Numbered from the stretch's first letter, positions 26,516-35,907 are shown. The stretch is 41,853 nt of DNA from Anaerolineae bacterium (GCA_041082215.1 JBDOIF010000112.1:1-41853); one strand, 5' to 3'. The notes: generated by a model not told the origin, from the letters alone. Made by a program: numbers and translations.

Positions 26516-27633
26516 TCCGCCGCACCCTTACCGTAGCCCGCAAGGAGCTGCTCCACATTCTGCGGGACCGGCGGACGATGGCGGTGATGTTCCTCATCCC
26601 GGTGGTCCAGCTCTTTCTCCTGGGCTACGCCGCCACCACCGACATCGAGCACCTGCGCACGGCAGTGCTCGATGCCGACCGCACGCCCCAGAGCCGGGAG
26701 CTGATCGGAGCCTACCGGGCCTCCAGCTACTTTAACATCGTCGCCTACGTGGAGGACGAGGAAACGCTGTACCGCATGATAGACCTGGGAAGGGTCCGTG
26801 CCGGGCTGATCGTGCCAGCCGGCTACGGGTCGGAGGTGCTCGCCGGGCGGAAGGCCAGCGTCGCCTTCGTCATAGACGGCTCCGACCCCAACGTTGCCAA
26901 CGCTGTCTACGCCGCCTCCCAGCAGGTGGGACAGGCTCAGAGCATGCGGATCGTCGAGCGGCGGCTGGGCATCTCCCCCGACGAGATGGCCGCCCTGGAG
27001 GTCCGCCCCCGGGTCTGGTATAACCCGGAGATGAAGAGCGCGAACTTCATGATCCCCGGCCTGATCGCTATGATCCTCTTCACCATCACCATCATGCTCA
27101 CCGCGCTGGCGATCGTCCGCGAGCGGGAACAGGGCACCATCGAGCAGCTCATGGTCACCCCCATCCGGCCTATCGAGCTGGTGGTGGGGAAGGTAGCCCC
27201 CTACGTTGCCGTCGCCTTCTTCGACGTGCTGGAGGTGCTGGCCATCGGGGTCTACTGGTTCGGTGTGCCCATCCACGGCAGCCTGGGCCTCCTCCTGGCG
27301 CTGGCGGCCGTCTTCCTGATGAACTCGCTGGGGATCGGCATCTTCATCTCCAGTGTGACCAGTACCCAGCAGGAGGCGATGCTGACGACCTGGCTGATGC
27401 TGCTCCCTTCCATCTTTCTGGCTGGCTTTCTCTTCCCCATCGAGGCAATGCCGGGGTTCCTGCGGGCGGTCAGTTACCTGATCCCCCTCCGCTATATGCT
27501 GGTCATCATCCGGGGGATCATCCTGAAGGGAGTGGGGATCGGGCCTCTGGCCGACCAGGTGATCCCCCTCCTGTTTTTCGGCGCCTTCATCCTCATCTTC
27601 GCCGCCTCCCGATTCAGAAAACGGCTGGAATAG
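26512..27633 (+). CDS. ABC-2 type exporter permease (YbhS/YbhR-like)
   Basis: KELLHILRD, IDGSD, YNP, REREQGTIEQLMVTP, GFLFPIEAMP. Confidence 0.92.
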   Translation: MIRRTLTVARKELLHILRDRRTMAVMFLIPVVQLFLLGYAATTDIEHLRTAVLDADRTPQSRELIGAYRASSYFNIVAYVEDEETLYRMIDLGRVRAGLIVPAGYGSEVLAGRKASVAFVIDGSDPNVANAVYAASQQVGQAQSMRIVERRLGISPDEMAALEVRPRVWYNPEMKSANFMIPGLIAMILFTITIMLTALAIVREREQGTIEQLMVTPIRPIELVVGKVAPYVAVAFFDVLEVLAIGVYWFGVPIHGSLGLLLALAAVFLMNSLGIGIFISSVTSTQQEAMLTTWLMLLPSIFLAGFLFPIEAMPGFLRAVSYLIPLRYMLVIIRGIILKGVGIGPLADQVIPLLFFGAFILIFAASRFRKRLE

Positions 27634-27651
27634 TCACCCAGTCACCCAGCA

Positions 27652-28593
27652 ATGAACGAGTATATCATCGAAACCTCCAACCTCACCAAACGCTTTAAAC
27701 AGGTCACCGCCGTGGATGGCCTGGAGCTGCGCATCCGTCCGGGGGAGATCTTCGGCCTGCTGGGGCCGGATGGAGCCGGCAAGACGACGACGATCCGCAT
27801 GCTGTGCGCCATTATGGACCCCAGCGAGGGGAGCGCCCGCGTCGCTGGCTTCGACACGATGAAGGAGCCGGAGGAGATTAAGAAGCGGATCGGCTATATG
27901 CCGCAGCAGTTCTCCCTCTACGGCGACCTGACCGTGCTGGAGAACCTGGTCTTCTTCGCCGATGTCTTTGAGGTAGAACGGGCAGAGCGGGAACGACGCA
28001 TCGCCCGGCTGCTGGAGTTCTCCCGGCTGACCGAGTTCCAGAACCGACGGGCTGCCCACCTCTCCGGCGGCATGCAGAAAAAGCTGGCCCTGGCCTGCAC
28101 ACTGATCCACCAGCCACAGGTCCTCTTCCTCGACGAGCCGACGACCGGCGTGGACCCCGTCTCCCGGCGGGAGTTCTGGGACATCCTGACCGAGCTTCAC
28201 CTGCAGGGGGTGACCCTCTTCGTCAGCACTCCTTACATGGACGAGGCGGAACGGTGTTCCCGGGTGGGGCTGATGTTCGAAGGGCGCCTCATCATCTGCG
28301 ACGTGCCGGAACGGATCAAATCCCTGGTGGAGGGGGAGCTGCTGGAACTGCGGCCGGACCGGCTGCGGGAGGCGGCGCGGGCCATCGAGCCCCTTCCCGG
28401 CGTGCTGGAGGTGCAGACCTACGGTGACCTCCTCCACGTCTTCGTGGATGACGCTGACCGCCGTGGGCTGGCCATCCGGCAGGCCCTGACCCGGGCCGGC
28501 ATCACCGTCCACAGCCTCCGCCAGACCCGCCCCCGCATGGAAGAGGCATTCATCTCGCTCATCCGGAGGCGGTTGGAAAGGCCTGACGTTTGA
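27652..28593 (+). CDS. ABC exporter ATP-binding subunit 1
   Basis: GPDGAGKTT, LSGGM, LDEPTTGVDP. Confidence 0.93.
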   Translation: MNEYIIETSNLTKRFKQVTAVDGLELRIRPGEIFGLLGPDGAGKTTTIRMLCAIMDPSEGSARVAGFDTMKEPEEIKKRIGYMPQQFSLYGDLTVLENLVFFADVFEVERAERERRIARLLEFSRLTEFQNRRAAHLSGGMQKKLALACTLIHQPQVLFLDEPTTGVDPVSRREFWDILTELHLQGVTLFVSTPYMDEAERCSRVGLMFEGRLIICDVPERIKSLVEGELLELRPDRLREAARAIEPLPGVLEVQTYGDLLHVFVDDADRRGLAIRQALTRAGITVHSLRQTRPRMEEAFISLIRRRLERPDV

Positions 28594-28630
28594 CGCCTGA
28601 CGTTTGACGTCATTCGTCATCCGTCACCCG
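28582..28630. repeat. YYTSACG heptamer array followed by TCAYYCG heptamers
   Basis: cctgacg tttgacg cctgacg tttgacg tcattcg tcatccg tcacccg. Confidence 0.85.
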
Positions 28631-28652
28631 TCAAATTGGGAGTGAGCCGATT

Positions 28653-29576
28653 GTGAACGAGTTTGCCGTTGAAGCTGTGGAGCTGACCAAGAAGTTTGGC
28701 GACTTTATCGCTGTGGATGGGGTGACCTTCCGCATCAGGCGGGGGGAGATATTCGGCTTCCTGGGACCCAACGGTGCGGGGAAGACGACGACCATCCGCA
28801 TGCTCCTGGGCCTCCTCCGCCCCACCTCCGGCTATGCCACCGTGCTTGGCTACGACATCGTCCGCCAGCCGGAGGAGATCCGCAAACGGATTGGCTACAT
28901 GTCCCAGCGGTTCAGCCTCTACCGCGATCTCACCGTCGCCGAGAACCTGGATTTCTACGGCCGCACTTACGGCGTGCGCGGTAAACGGCTGGAGGAGCGG
29001 AAACGGTTTGTCGTCGAGATGGCCGGGCTGGTGGGCCGGGAGCGGGAACTGACCCGCAACCTCTCCGGCGGGTGGAAACAACGGCTGGCCCTGGGCGCGG
29101 CTATCCTCCACGAGCCAGAGATGCTCTTCCTGGACGAGCCGACGGCCGGGGTGGACCCTATCTCCCGCCGCGCCTTCTGGGACCTCCTCTACCAGCTTGC
29201 CGAGCGAGGCACGACCATCTTCGTCACGACCCATTATATGGACGAGGCGGAACACTGTCAGGACCTGGCCTTCATTCATCGGGGGCGGATCATCGCCCAG
29301 GGGTCGCCGGGGGAGATCAAGCTTTACAGTATGCGCGGGCAGGTGCTGGAAATTGACTGCTCCCGGCCCGACGTGGCCATCGGCGTCCTCCGGGGAATGG
29401 CGCTCTTCGATGAGGTAGCCCTCTACGGCTCGCTGATCCACGTGGTCGCCGATGGGGTCGCCGACCACAAGCCCCGCATCGCCCAGACGCTCTCTGAGGC
29501 GGGCGTGGAGGTGCGGGCAATGGACCTGATCGCCCCGTCGCTGGAGGATGTGTTCATATCCAATGTGCGGGAATAG
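28653..29576 (+). CDS. ABC exporter ATP-binding subunit 2
   Basis: GPNGAGKTT, LSGGW, LDEPTAGVDP, TTHYMDEAE. Confidence 0.93.
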   Translation: MNEFAVEAVELTKKFGDFIAVDGVTFRIRRGEIFGFLGPNGAGKTTTIRMLLGLLRPTSGYATVLGYDIVRQPEEIRKRIGYMSQRFSLYRDLTVAENLDFYGRTYGVRGKRLEERKRFVVEMAGLVGRERELTRNLSGGWKQRLALGAAILHEPEMLFLDEPTAGVDPISRRAFWDLLYQLAERGTTIFVTTHYMDEAEHCQDLAFIHRGRIIAQGSPGEIKLYSMRGQVLEIDCSRPDVAIGVLRGMALFDEVALYGSLIHVVADGVADHKPRIAQTLSEAGVEVRAMDLIAPSLEDVFISNVRE

Positions 29577-29654
29577 GAGAGACGCGGAGACAGGGAAACG
29601 GGGTAACCGGTGCTCTCAGTACCTTCAGTGTCTCAGTGATCAAGGAGTGGAGGG

Positions 29655-31007
29655 ATGAAGCGAGAGCAAATCGCGCCGCTCGCAATTGGTATCGTGGTTG
29701 TGGTCATCGTAGCGGGGGCGGCCATCTACTTTGCGGCAACTCCCACTGCCTGGCAGAGCCTCCTGGTGCGCCTGGAGCTGACCAGGCCGACCACTTCCGG
29801 CATCGCCGCCTCCGGCTTCATCGAGGCAGAGGAGATCGGGATCGCCCCGGAGGTGGGCGGGCGGATCGTCGAGGTGAGCGTAGAGGAAGGGGACCCGGTT
29901 GAGGCCGGTCAGGTGGTGGTCCGGCTGGACGACACCCTGGCTCAGGCCCAGCTCCAGGTGGCCCAGGCCGGGCTGGAGATGGCCCAGGCCCAGCTCGCCC
30001 GGGTGCGGGCGGGGGCCCGCCCGGAAAAGATCCGTCAGGCCGAGGCGCAACTGGCCCAGGCGGAGGCTGCCCGGGACGGGGCCTATCAGGCCTGGCAGGA
30101 TGCCCTCTCTATGATCCGGAACCCTCAGGAGCTGGACGCCCAGATCGCGCTGGCCGAGGCCCAACTGGCCCAGGCAGAGGCCCAGCTCCGGCAGGCGGAG
30201 GCGCTGCGGGATGCGGCCGGCATCGCCAACGACGCCTACAACGACGCGATGGAGGCCCTGGAGAAGTTGAAAGAGATCCCCGAACCCTTCCGCCCCCCTC
30301 TCCCTGGCATCCAGCTCGGCCTCCACCTGGTCCCCACCGCCTACTGGCGGTCCTGGGTGGGGGTGAACACCGCCCGCGCTGCCTGGGAGGGGGCACGCCG
30401 GGCGCTCGACCTCCTCTACGAGATGCGGCGGAACCCCCAGCAGTTGGAGGCCCAGGCGGACGCGGCCGAGGCTGAGTACCGGGCTGCCGAGGCGGCGGTG
30501 GAGGCGGCCCGCGCCCAACTGGAGGGATTGCGGGCAGGCGCTACGGACGAGGAGATCGCCGCCGCCTCGGCGGCGGTGGAGCAGGCTCAGGCCCGCCTGG
30601 AAAGCGCCCGGGTCTTCCTGGAAAAGTTGACCCTCATCGCCCCCGTCGGCGGGCAGGTGCTGGAAGTGACCGGCCACGAGGGGGAGCTGGCCGCCCCCGG
30701 CGCCACCCTCCTCACCCTGGCCGACCTGGACCAGGTGAAGCTGACCGTCTATGTGCTGGAGAACCAGATCGGTTGGGTGCAGGTGGGCCAGCCGGTGGAG
30801 GTGCGGGTGGACTCCTTCCCGGACCGGCTCTTCCAGGGCCGCGTCGTTGCCATCGCCACCGAAGCGGAGTTCACCCCCCGCAACATCCAGACACAGGAGG
30901 AGCGGGTGAATATGGTCTTCGCCGTCCGGGTGGTCATCCCCAACCCGGACCACGCCCTTAAGCCCGGCATGCCCGCCGACGCGACGATCCTGACCCAGGA
31001 GCAGTGA
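29655..31007 (+). CDS. HlyD/YbhG-like membrane fusion (adaptor) protein 1
   Basis: N-terminal TM, ASGFIE, lipoyl half-motifs, long coiled coil, AEFTP.N.QT..ER, LKPGMPAD. Confidence 0.9.
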   Translation: MKREQIAPLAIGIVVVVIVAGAAIYFAATPTAWQSLLVRLELTRPTTSGIAASGFIEAEEIGIAPEVGGRIVEVSVEEGDPVEAGQVVVRLDDTLAQAQLQVAQAGLEMAQAQLARVRAGARPEKIRQAEAQLAQAEAARDGAYQAWQDALSMIRNPQELDAQIALAEAQLAQAEAQLRQAEALRDAAGIANDAYNDAMEALEKLKEIPEPFRPPLPGIQLGLHLVPTAYWRSWVGVNTARAAWEGARRALDLLYEMRRNPQQLEAQADAAEAEYRAAEAAVEAARAQLEGLRAGATDEEIAAASAAVEQAQARLESARVFLEKLTLIAPVGGQVLEVTGHEGELAAPGATLLTLADLDQVKLTVYVLENQIGWVQVGQPVEVRVDSFPDRLFQGRVVAIATEAEFTPRNIQTQEERVNMVFAVRVVIPNPDHALKPGMPADATILTQEQ

Positions 31008-31056
31008 GATGACGCCTGACGCTTCACGCCTGACGTTTAAGGCTTCACGCCTGATG
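31008..31056. repeat. YYTSACG heptamer tandem array
   Basis: gatgacg cctgacg cttcacg cctgacg tttaagg cttcacg cctgatg. Confidence 0.8.
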
Positions 31057-32271
31057 TTTGCCCTGTGTTCCGTGATCGCGCTCCTTCTTCTGGCGGGCTG
31101 CGGCAGCAGCCGTGCCGACGGCCCCATCGCCGCCTCCGGCTTCATCGAGGGAGAGGAGGTCCTGATCGCCCCAGAGGTGGGTGGGCGGATCGCCGAGATA
31201 CTGGTGGAAGAGGGGGACGAAGTGGTGGAGGGGCAGGTGCTGGTCCGGCTGGACGACGCCCTGTTGCTGGCCCGGCAGGGGGAGGCGGAGGCGGCGGTAG
31301 CGGCGGCCCGGGCGGAGCTGGCCCGCGTGGAGGCAGGGGCCCGGCCGGAGGAGATCGCCGCCGCCCGGGCTGCGCTGGCCCAGGCCGAGGCCCGGCGGGA
31401 CGGCGCCCGCCAGGCAATGGAGGATGCCCGCCGGGCGCTGGAGGACCCCCAGGAGCTGGAAGCCCAGATCGCCGAGGCCCAGACCCAGGTCGCCCTGGCT
31501 GAGCAGGAGGTGGAGATGGCCCGGGCGGACCTGAACGAGGCAGAGCTGACGTATCAGGTGTATGCCGACCAGGGGGGCGATGTAGAGCGGAGCTGGTCGC
31601 TGCAGGTGGCAGCCGCGCGGGCCGCGCTGGAGGCAGCACAGGCCAGACTGGACGGGGCGCGCCGGTATCTGGAGGCCCTGCAGAGGATGCGGGCCAAACC
31701 GCTCCCGCTCCAGGCCCAGCTCCACGCCGCCGAGGCCCAGTACGCGGCGGCCGAAGCAGCGGTGACGGCAGCCCGGGCAGTGCTGGAGGAGCTGGAGGCT
31801 GGCCCCACCGGGGAGGAGGTCGCTATTGCCCGCGCCGGACTTCACCAGGCAGAGGCTGGCCTGGCCCTCATCGAGGCCCAGCTGGCCCAGCTCACCCTTA
31901 CCTCCCCCATCACCGGCATCGTCTCCAGCCGCAGCGGCCATCCCGGAGAGACGGCCGCGCCAGGCGTCCCCCTCCTCACCCTGGCCAACCTGGACCAGGT
32001 GACGCTGGTCCTCTACATCCCGGAGAACCAGATCGGCCGGGTGCGGGTGGGCCAGCCGGTGGAGGTGCGGGTGGACTCCTTCCCGGACCGGCTCTTCCAG
32101 GGCCGCGTCGTCGCCATCGCCACCGAAGCGGAGTTCACCCCCCGCAACGTCCAGACGCAGGAGGAGCGGGTGAATATGGTCTTCGCCGTCCGGGTGGTCA
32201 TCCCCAACCCGGACCACGCCCTTAAGCCCGGCATGCCCGCCGACGCGACGATCCTGGTCGAAGGGGATTAG
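31009..32271 (+). CDS. HlyD/YbhG-like membrane fusion protein 2 (lipoprotein)
   Basis: Lipobox LLAGC; same architecture as the upstream paralogue. Confidence 0.88.
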   Translation: MTPDASRLTFKASRLMFALCSVIALLLLAGCGSSRADGPIAASGFIEGEEVLIAPEVGGRIAEILVEEGDEVVEGQVLVRLDDALLLARQGEAEAAVAAARAELARVEAGARPEEIAAARAALAQAEARRDGARQAMEDARRALEDPQELEAQIAEAQTQVALAEQEVEMARADLNEAELTYQVYADQGGDVERSWSLQVAAARAALEAAQARLDGARRYLEALQRMRAKPLPLQAQLHAAEAQYAAAEAAVTAARAVLEELEAGPTGEEVAIARAGLHQAEAGLALIEAQLAQLTLTSPITGIVSSRSGHPGETAAPGVPLLTLANLDQVTLVLYIPENQIGRVRVGQPVEVRVDSFPDRLFQGRVVAIATEAEFTPRNVQTQEERVNMVFAVRVVIPNPDHALKPGMPADATILVEGD

Positions 32272-32276
32272 AAGAA

Positions 32277-32362
32277 AACCACGAAGACACGGAGGACACG
32301 GAGAAACGATAGATATCTCGAAATTCTACAGGGTCCTCTGTGTCCTCTATGCTTCCCTGGTT
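32277..32362. repeat. Nonamer-periodic palindromic element between convergent genes
   Basis: AACCACGAAGACACGGAGGACACGGAG ... CTCTGTGTCCTCTATGCTTCCCTGGTT. Confidence 0.75.
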
Positions 32363-32364
32363 AT

Positions 32365-32985
32365 TTATCCATCGAGCAGTGCCAGGAACTCGGCCAGGAT
32401 GGCGGCAGTGGCCCCCCAGACCTTGTGGGGGCCGATGGCGTAGTAAGGGACGCACACCCGCCCCGCGGGAAGCTCCCATTCCTCCTCGCGGCGGATGGAT
32501 GGGTCCAGAAACAGGGAAAGGGGCACCTCCAGAAGCTCTGCCACTTCCTTCGGGTCGGGGCGGAAGGAGGGACGGCGGGGCATGCAGGCCACGAAGGGGT
32601 GGACCAGGTTGTGGCTGGGAGGGATGTAGATGGGGGTCAGAGGGCCCAGCACCTCCAGTTCATCTGTGACGATCCCCAGCTCTTCCCCGGCCTCGCGGAG
32701 CGCCGTATCCAGGAGTGTTCCATCCCCCTCCTCCCATCCGCCCCCTGGCAGGGCCACCTGTCCGGCGTGATAATCCAGATCGGCCGTGCGCACCGTCAGC
32801 GCCAGGTGGAGCGGGCCGCTGGCGGGGTAGAGGAGGAGGAGCACCCCCGCCTGCCGGGGGGTACTGCCGTCCGGGGGCCGCAGGGGGCGGGGGCGGGGGG
32901 CCATCGTGACCTGCGCCCGGATCCCCGGCAGGGGCTTCCGCATCGCCGTGCGGACCTGTTCGATGGTGAGGTTGGTGGGTGGCAT
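32365..32985 (-). CDS. Nudix hydrolase, CoA pyrophosphatase-like
   Basis: HAGQVALPGG, TALREAGEELG Nudix box, VWGATAAIL. Confidence 0.9.
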   Translation of the reverse strand: MPPTNLTIEQVRTAMRKPLPGIRAQVTMAPRPRPLRPPDGSTPRQAGVLLLLYPASGPLHLALTVRTADLDYHAGQVALPGGGWEEGDGTLLDTALREAGEELGIVTDELEVLGPLTPIYIPPSHNLVHPFVACMPRRPSFRPDPKEVAELLEVPLSLFLDPSIRREEEWELPAGRVCVPYYAIGPHKVWGATAAILAEFLALLDG

Positions 32986-33105
32986 CGCCCTCTATGCCTC
33001 GGTAACGTTTCGCCCGCCGCAAGCGTGCAGGCCCCTGTCATTATAGCCCGTCGGGCGCGGGGGGCAACCGGAAGCCTGAGAGCACGGATCTTTCGTGATC
33101 GTGAT

Positions 33106-33134
33106 TTGGCAAAATCGGCTTCCGGCTTTATACT
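33106..33134 (+). promoter_or_regulatory. Promoter of the ECF operon
   Basis: TTGGCA-17 nt-TATACT. Confidence 0.55.
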
Positions 33135-33189
33135 AACCCCCAGAACGCCTTTGGCTCCGCGGTGTTATTTCACTCAGGAGGGAGGTGAC

Positions 33190-34836
33190 TTGGCCGATCG
33201 GCAGAGCGGTGCTCCTCCCCTGGAGGTTGAGAGGCTCAACTTCCGCTACAAAGCCCGTCCCGAACCGGCGCTGCGGGACCTCTCCCTCACACTGGAGCCG
33301 GGCGAGATCCTCCTCGTCGCCGGCACCAGCGGCTGCGGCAAGACCACCCTCATCCGCTGCATCAACGGCCTGATCCCCCGCTCTTACAAGGGGGAACTGA
33401 GCGGGCGAGTGCTCCTCCACGGGCAGAGCATCGAGGGGATGCCCCTTTCCCGCATCTCCCAGATCGTGGGGACAGTGCTCCAGGACCCGGAACGGCAGAT
33501 CCTGGGCGCCCACGTCTTCACCGAGGTGGCCTTTGGGCTGGAGAACCTGGCGCTGGAGCGGGAGGAGATCGTCCGCCGGGTGGAGGAGACGCTGGAGTAC
33601 CTGGGGATCGCCCACCTGCGGGACCGGGAGACCTTCTACCTCTCCGGCGGCGAAAAGCAGAAGGTGGCGCTGGCGGGGGTGCTGGCGATGCGGCCCAGCA
33701 TCCTCCTGCTGGACGAGCCGTTGGCAAGCCTGGACCCGGCCAGCGCGCAGGAGGCGCTGGCCCTCTTCCGTCGGCTGGCCGACGAGGGGGTGAGCATCCT
33801 TCTGGTTGAGCACCGGGTCGAGGATGCCCTGAGCATCCGTCCGGACCGTGTGCTCTTTATGGAGAACGGACAGGCCACCTACTGCGGCCCGGTGGAGGGG
33901 CTGATGGAGAAGGTGGACCACCGGCAGGTGAAGCTGCCCGCCCCCGTCGTGATGGAGCGCGCAGCGGCCGCACCGCCCCCAAGCTTCCAGCCTGCCATCC
34001 GGCCGGACGGGCGGGAGCCGCTGGTCACCTTCGAGGGAGTCTCCTTCTCTTACGAGGAGGGCGGCCCGGAGGTCCTCCGCGACGTGGACCTGATCATTCG
34101 CCGGGGTGATGTGATCGCCGTGCTGGGTCCCAATGGCGCGGGGAAGACCACACTGGTCAAGCACGCCATCGGCCTCTTAAAGCCGCGCCGGGGGCGGGTG
34201 CTGGTGGGGAGGCGGGATACGCGGGAGATGAGCGTGGCGCAGATTGCCCACACTTTGGGCTACGTCTTCCAGAGCCCCAGCCACATGCTCTTTGCGCCGA
34301 CGGTGCGGGAGGAGCTGGCCTTCGGCCCCCGCAACCTGGGCTACAGCGAGCCGGAGATCGCCAAAGGTGTGGAGCACGCCATCAGCACGGTCAACCTGCG
34401 GGGGCTGGAAGGTTACCCCCCGCTGGCCCTCTCCTTCGGCCAGCAGAAACGGGTGAGCATCGCCGCCGTGCTGGCGATGCGCTCCAGGATCCTGGTGATG
34501 GACGAACCGACGGCGGGGCAGGACTACTGGAACTACATGGCCTTTATGGACGGGATCCTCCAGATGCCGGGCTTTGAGGCGGTCCTTTTCATTACCCACG
34601 ACCTGGACCTGGCGATCTGTTACGCCAACCGGGTGGTGCTGATGCACGAGGGGCGGGTCGCCGCCGACGGCCCGCCAGCCCAGGTGCTGGCCGACCTGGA
34701 GCTGCTGCGACGGTGCCGGCTGGTGCCGACCTCGCTTTTGGAGCTTAACCTGAGGTATCTACCCCGGACCGGGCGGTTGATGTCGGCGGAGGCGCTGGCC
34801 CACGCTGTTGCGGGCGGGGGTAAGGAAAGGAGGTGA
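33190..34836 (+). CDS. ECF transporter fused double ATPase (EcfA-A')
   Basis: Two NBDs (GTSGCGKTT/LSGGEKQ; GPNGAGKTT/LSFGQQK); TTG start after GGAGG. Confidence 0.9.
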   Translation: MADRQSGAPPLEVERLNFRYKARPEPALRDLSLTLEPGEILLVAGTSGCGKTTLIRCINGLIPRSYKGELSGRVLLHGQSIEGMPLSRISQIVGTVLQDPERQILGAHVFTEVAFGLENLALEREEIVRRVEETLEYLGIAHLRDRETFYLSGGEKQKVALAGVLAMRPSILLLDEPLASLDPASAQEALALFRRLADEGVSILLVEHRVEDALSIRPDRVLFMENGQATYCGPVEGLMEKVDHRQVKLPAPVVMERAAAAPPPSFQPAIRPDGREPLVTFEGVSFSYEEGGPEVLRDVDLIIRRGDVIAVLGPNGAGKTTLVKHAIGLLKPRRGRVLVGRRDTREMSVAQIAHTLGYVFQSPSHMLFAPTVREELAFGPRNLGYSEPEIAKGVEHAISTVNLRGLEGYPPLALSFGQQKRVSIAAVLAMRSRILVMDEPTAGQDYWNYMAFMDGILQMPGFEAVLFITHDLDLAICYANRVVLMHEGRVAADGPPAQVLADLELLRRCRLVPTSLLELNLRYLPRTGRLMSAEALAHAVAGGGKERR

Positions 34837-34926
34837 TGGACCGGGAGAGGGACAAAGGTGCAGGTGAATTCTCCGCAATACTTTGTGTTCTCTCTGTGTC
34901 TCAGTAGGGAAATTAAGGAGGGTAAA

Positions 34927-35832
34927 ATGACTGCGGAAAAGACGACGGGGCAGCGGGCAATCCGGTGGCTGGCGGTGCTGATCGTCATTGTCGTACTGAT
35001 GGCACTGGCCAGCTTCCTCACCAGCGGCGACAAGATCCGGGGCGTGGCCCCCATTGGCGCAACGGCCATCGGCTTGATCGGCGTATTTGTCGTCTATCTA
35101 TTCACGGCCCGGAGCGCGGCCTGGGACGTCGGCACCCGGCAGGTGGTGTATATGGCCATCGGCGCAGCATTGTACGGCGTCTTCAACTATATCTTCAACA
35201 CCATCCCGATGCCGTCGGTGAGCCAGGTGGCGCTGCGCCCCTCTGTCTGCCTGCCCATTTTCTTTGGCTTCGCCTTCGGCCCGGTGGTGGGCTTCTTCAC
35301 CGGGGCGGTGGGCAATATCCTGGGCGACTTCCTCACCGGCTGGGGGGTCTATCCCGCCTGGGATGTGGGCAACGGGTTGATGGGGTTTGTGCCCGGCCTG
35401 GTGCTGCTCTTTGCCAATAAGAAGCAGAGCCTCAATTTCCTCACCATCCTGGTGGCCGTGCTCATCGCCATCGCCGCGGTGCTGATCTTCATTAACCCGC
35501 GGGTGGTGGGGCCGTGGACCGGGGAAATCGAGGACTTCTCCTTCTGGGCGTGGGCCTTCATCATCGGCGGCGTGGTGGTGATCGTCGGCCGGTTCCTCCT
35601 GGAACGGGCCGGCGTTGACCTGGCGGCGGTGAACATCTGGGGCACGTTAGGCATCATCATCGGCATTGGCTTTGCCGCCATCGCCGACATCTGGATCAAC
35701 GGCTACAGCCTCGCCACGGCCATCATCGGCGAGTTCGCGCCGGCCGCCGGTCCCAACATCCTCAACTCGATGATCCTCACCCCCATCCTGCTGGCGGCCT
35801 ATCAGGCGGTCCAGGCCCGCATCGGCCGGTGA
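34927..35832 (+). CDS. ECF transporter S component (enlarged)
   Basis: VVYMAIGAALY, LRP, FGPVVGF..G.VGN.LGD core motifs; about 301 aa. Confidence 0.85.
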   Translation: MTAEKTTGQRAIRWLAVLIVIVVLMALASFLTSGDKIRGVAPIGATAIGLIGVFVVYLFTARSAAWDVGTRQVVYMAIGAALYGVFNYIFNTIPMPSVSQVALRPSVCLPIFFGFAFGPVVGFFTGAVGNILGDFLTGWGVYPAWDVGNGLMGFVPGLVLLFANKKQSLNFLTILVAVLIAIAAVLIFINPRVVGPWTGEIEDFSFWAWAFIIGGVVVIVGRFLLERAGVDLAAVNIWGTLGIIIGIGFAAIADIWINGYSLATAIIGEFAPAAGPNILNSMILTPILLAAYQAVQARIGR

Positions 35833-35839
35833 CGTCGCA

Positions 35840-35868
35840 GTAGGGGCGTAGCGTTGCTACGCCCCTAC
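35840..35868. repeat. GTAG-type REP palindrome
   Basis: GTAGGGGCGTAGC-GTT-GCTACGCCCCTAC, perfect 13-bp stem. Confidence 0.85.
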
Positions 35869-35907
35869 GCCTACGCCCTTACCAGGCCTCCACAGGAGGA
35901 GGATGAT

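Noticed and set aside
8691..32985. Nucleotide-sanitising theme (8-oxoguanine deaminase, MazG, Nudix)
   Set aside because: Genes are far apart in separate transcription units; the Nudix looks CoA-specific
32425..33189. 255-aa N-terminal extension of the ECF ATPase in the ORF track
   Set aside because: Overlaps the Nudix gene antisense; promoter and RBS point to TTG 33190
33135..33189. Riboswitch ahead of the ECF operon
   Set aside because: Leader too short and no recognisable aptamer motif
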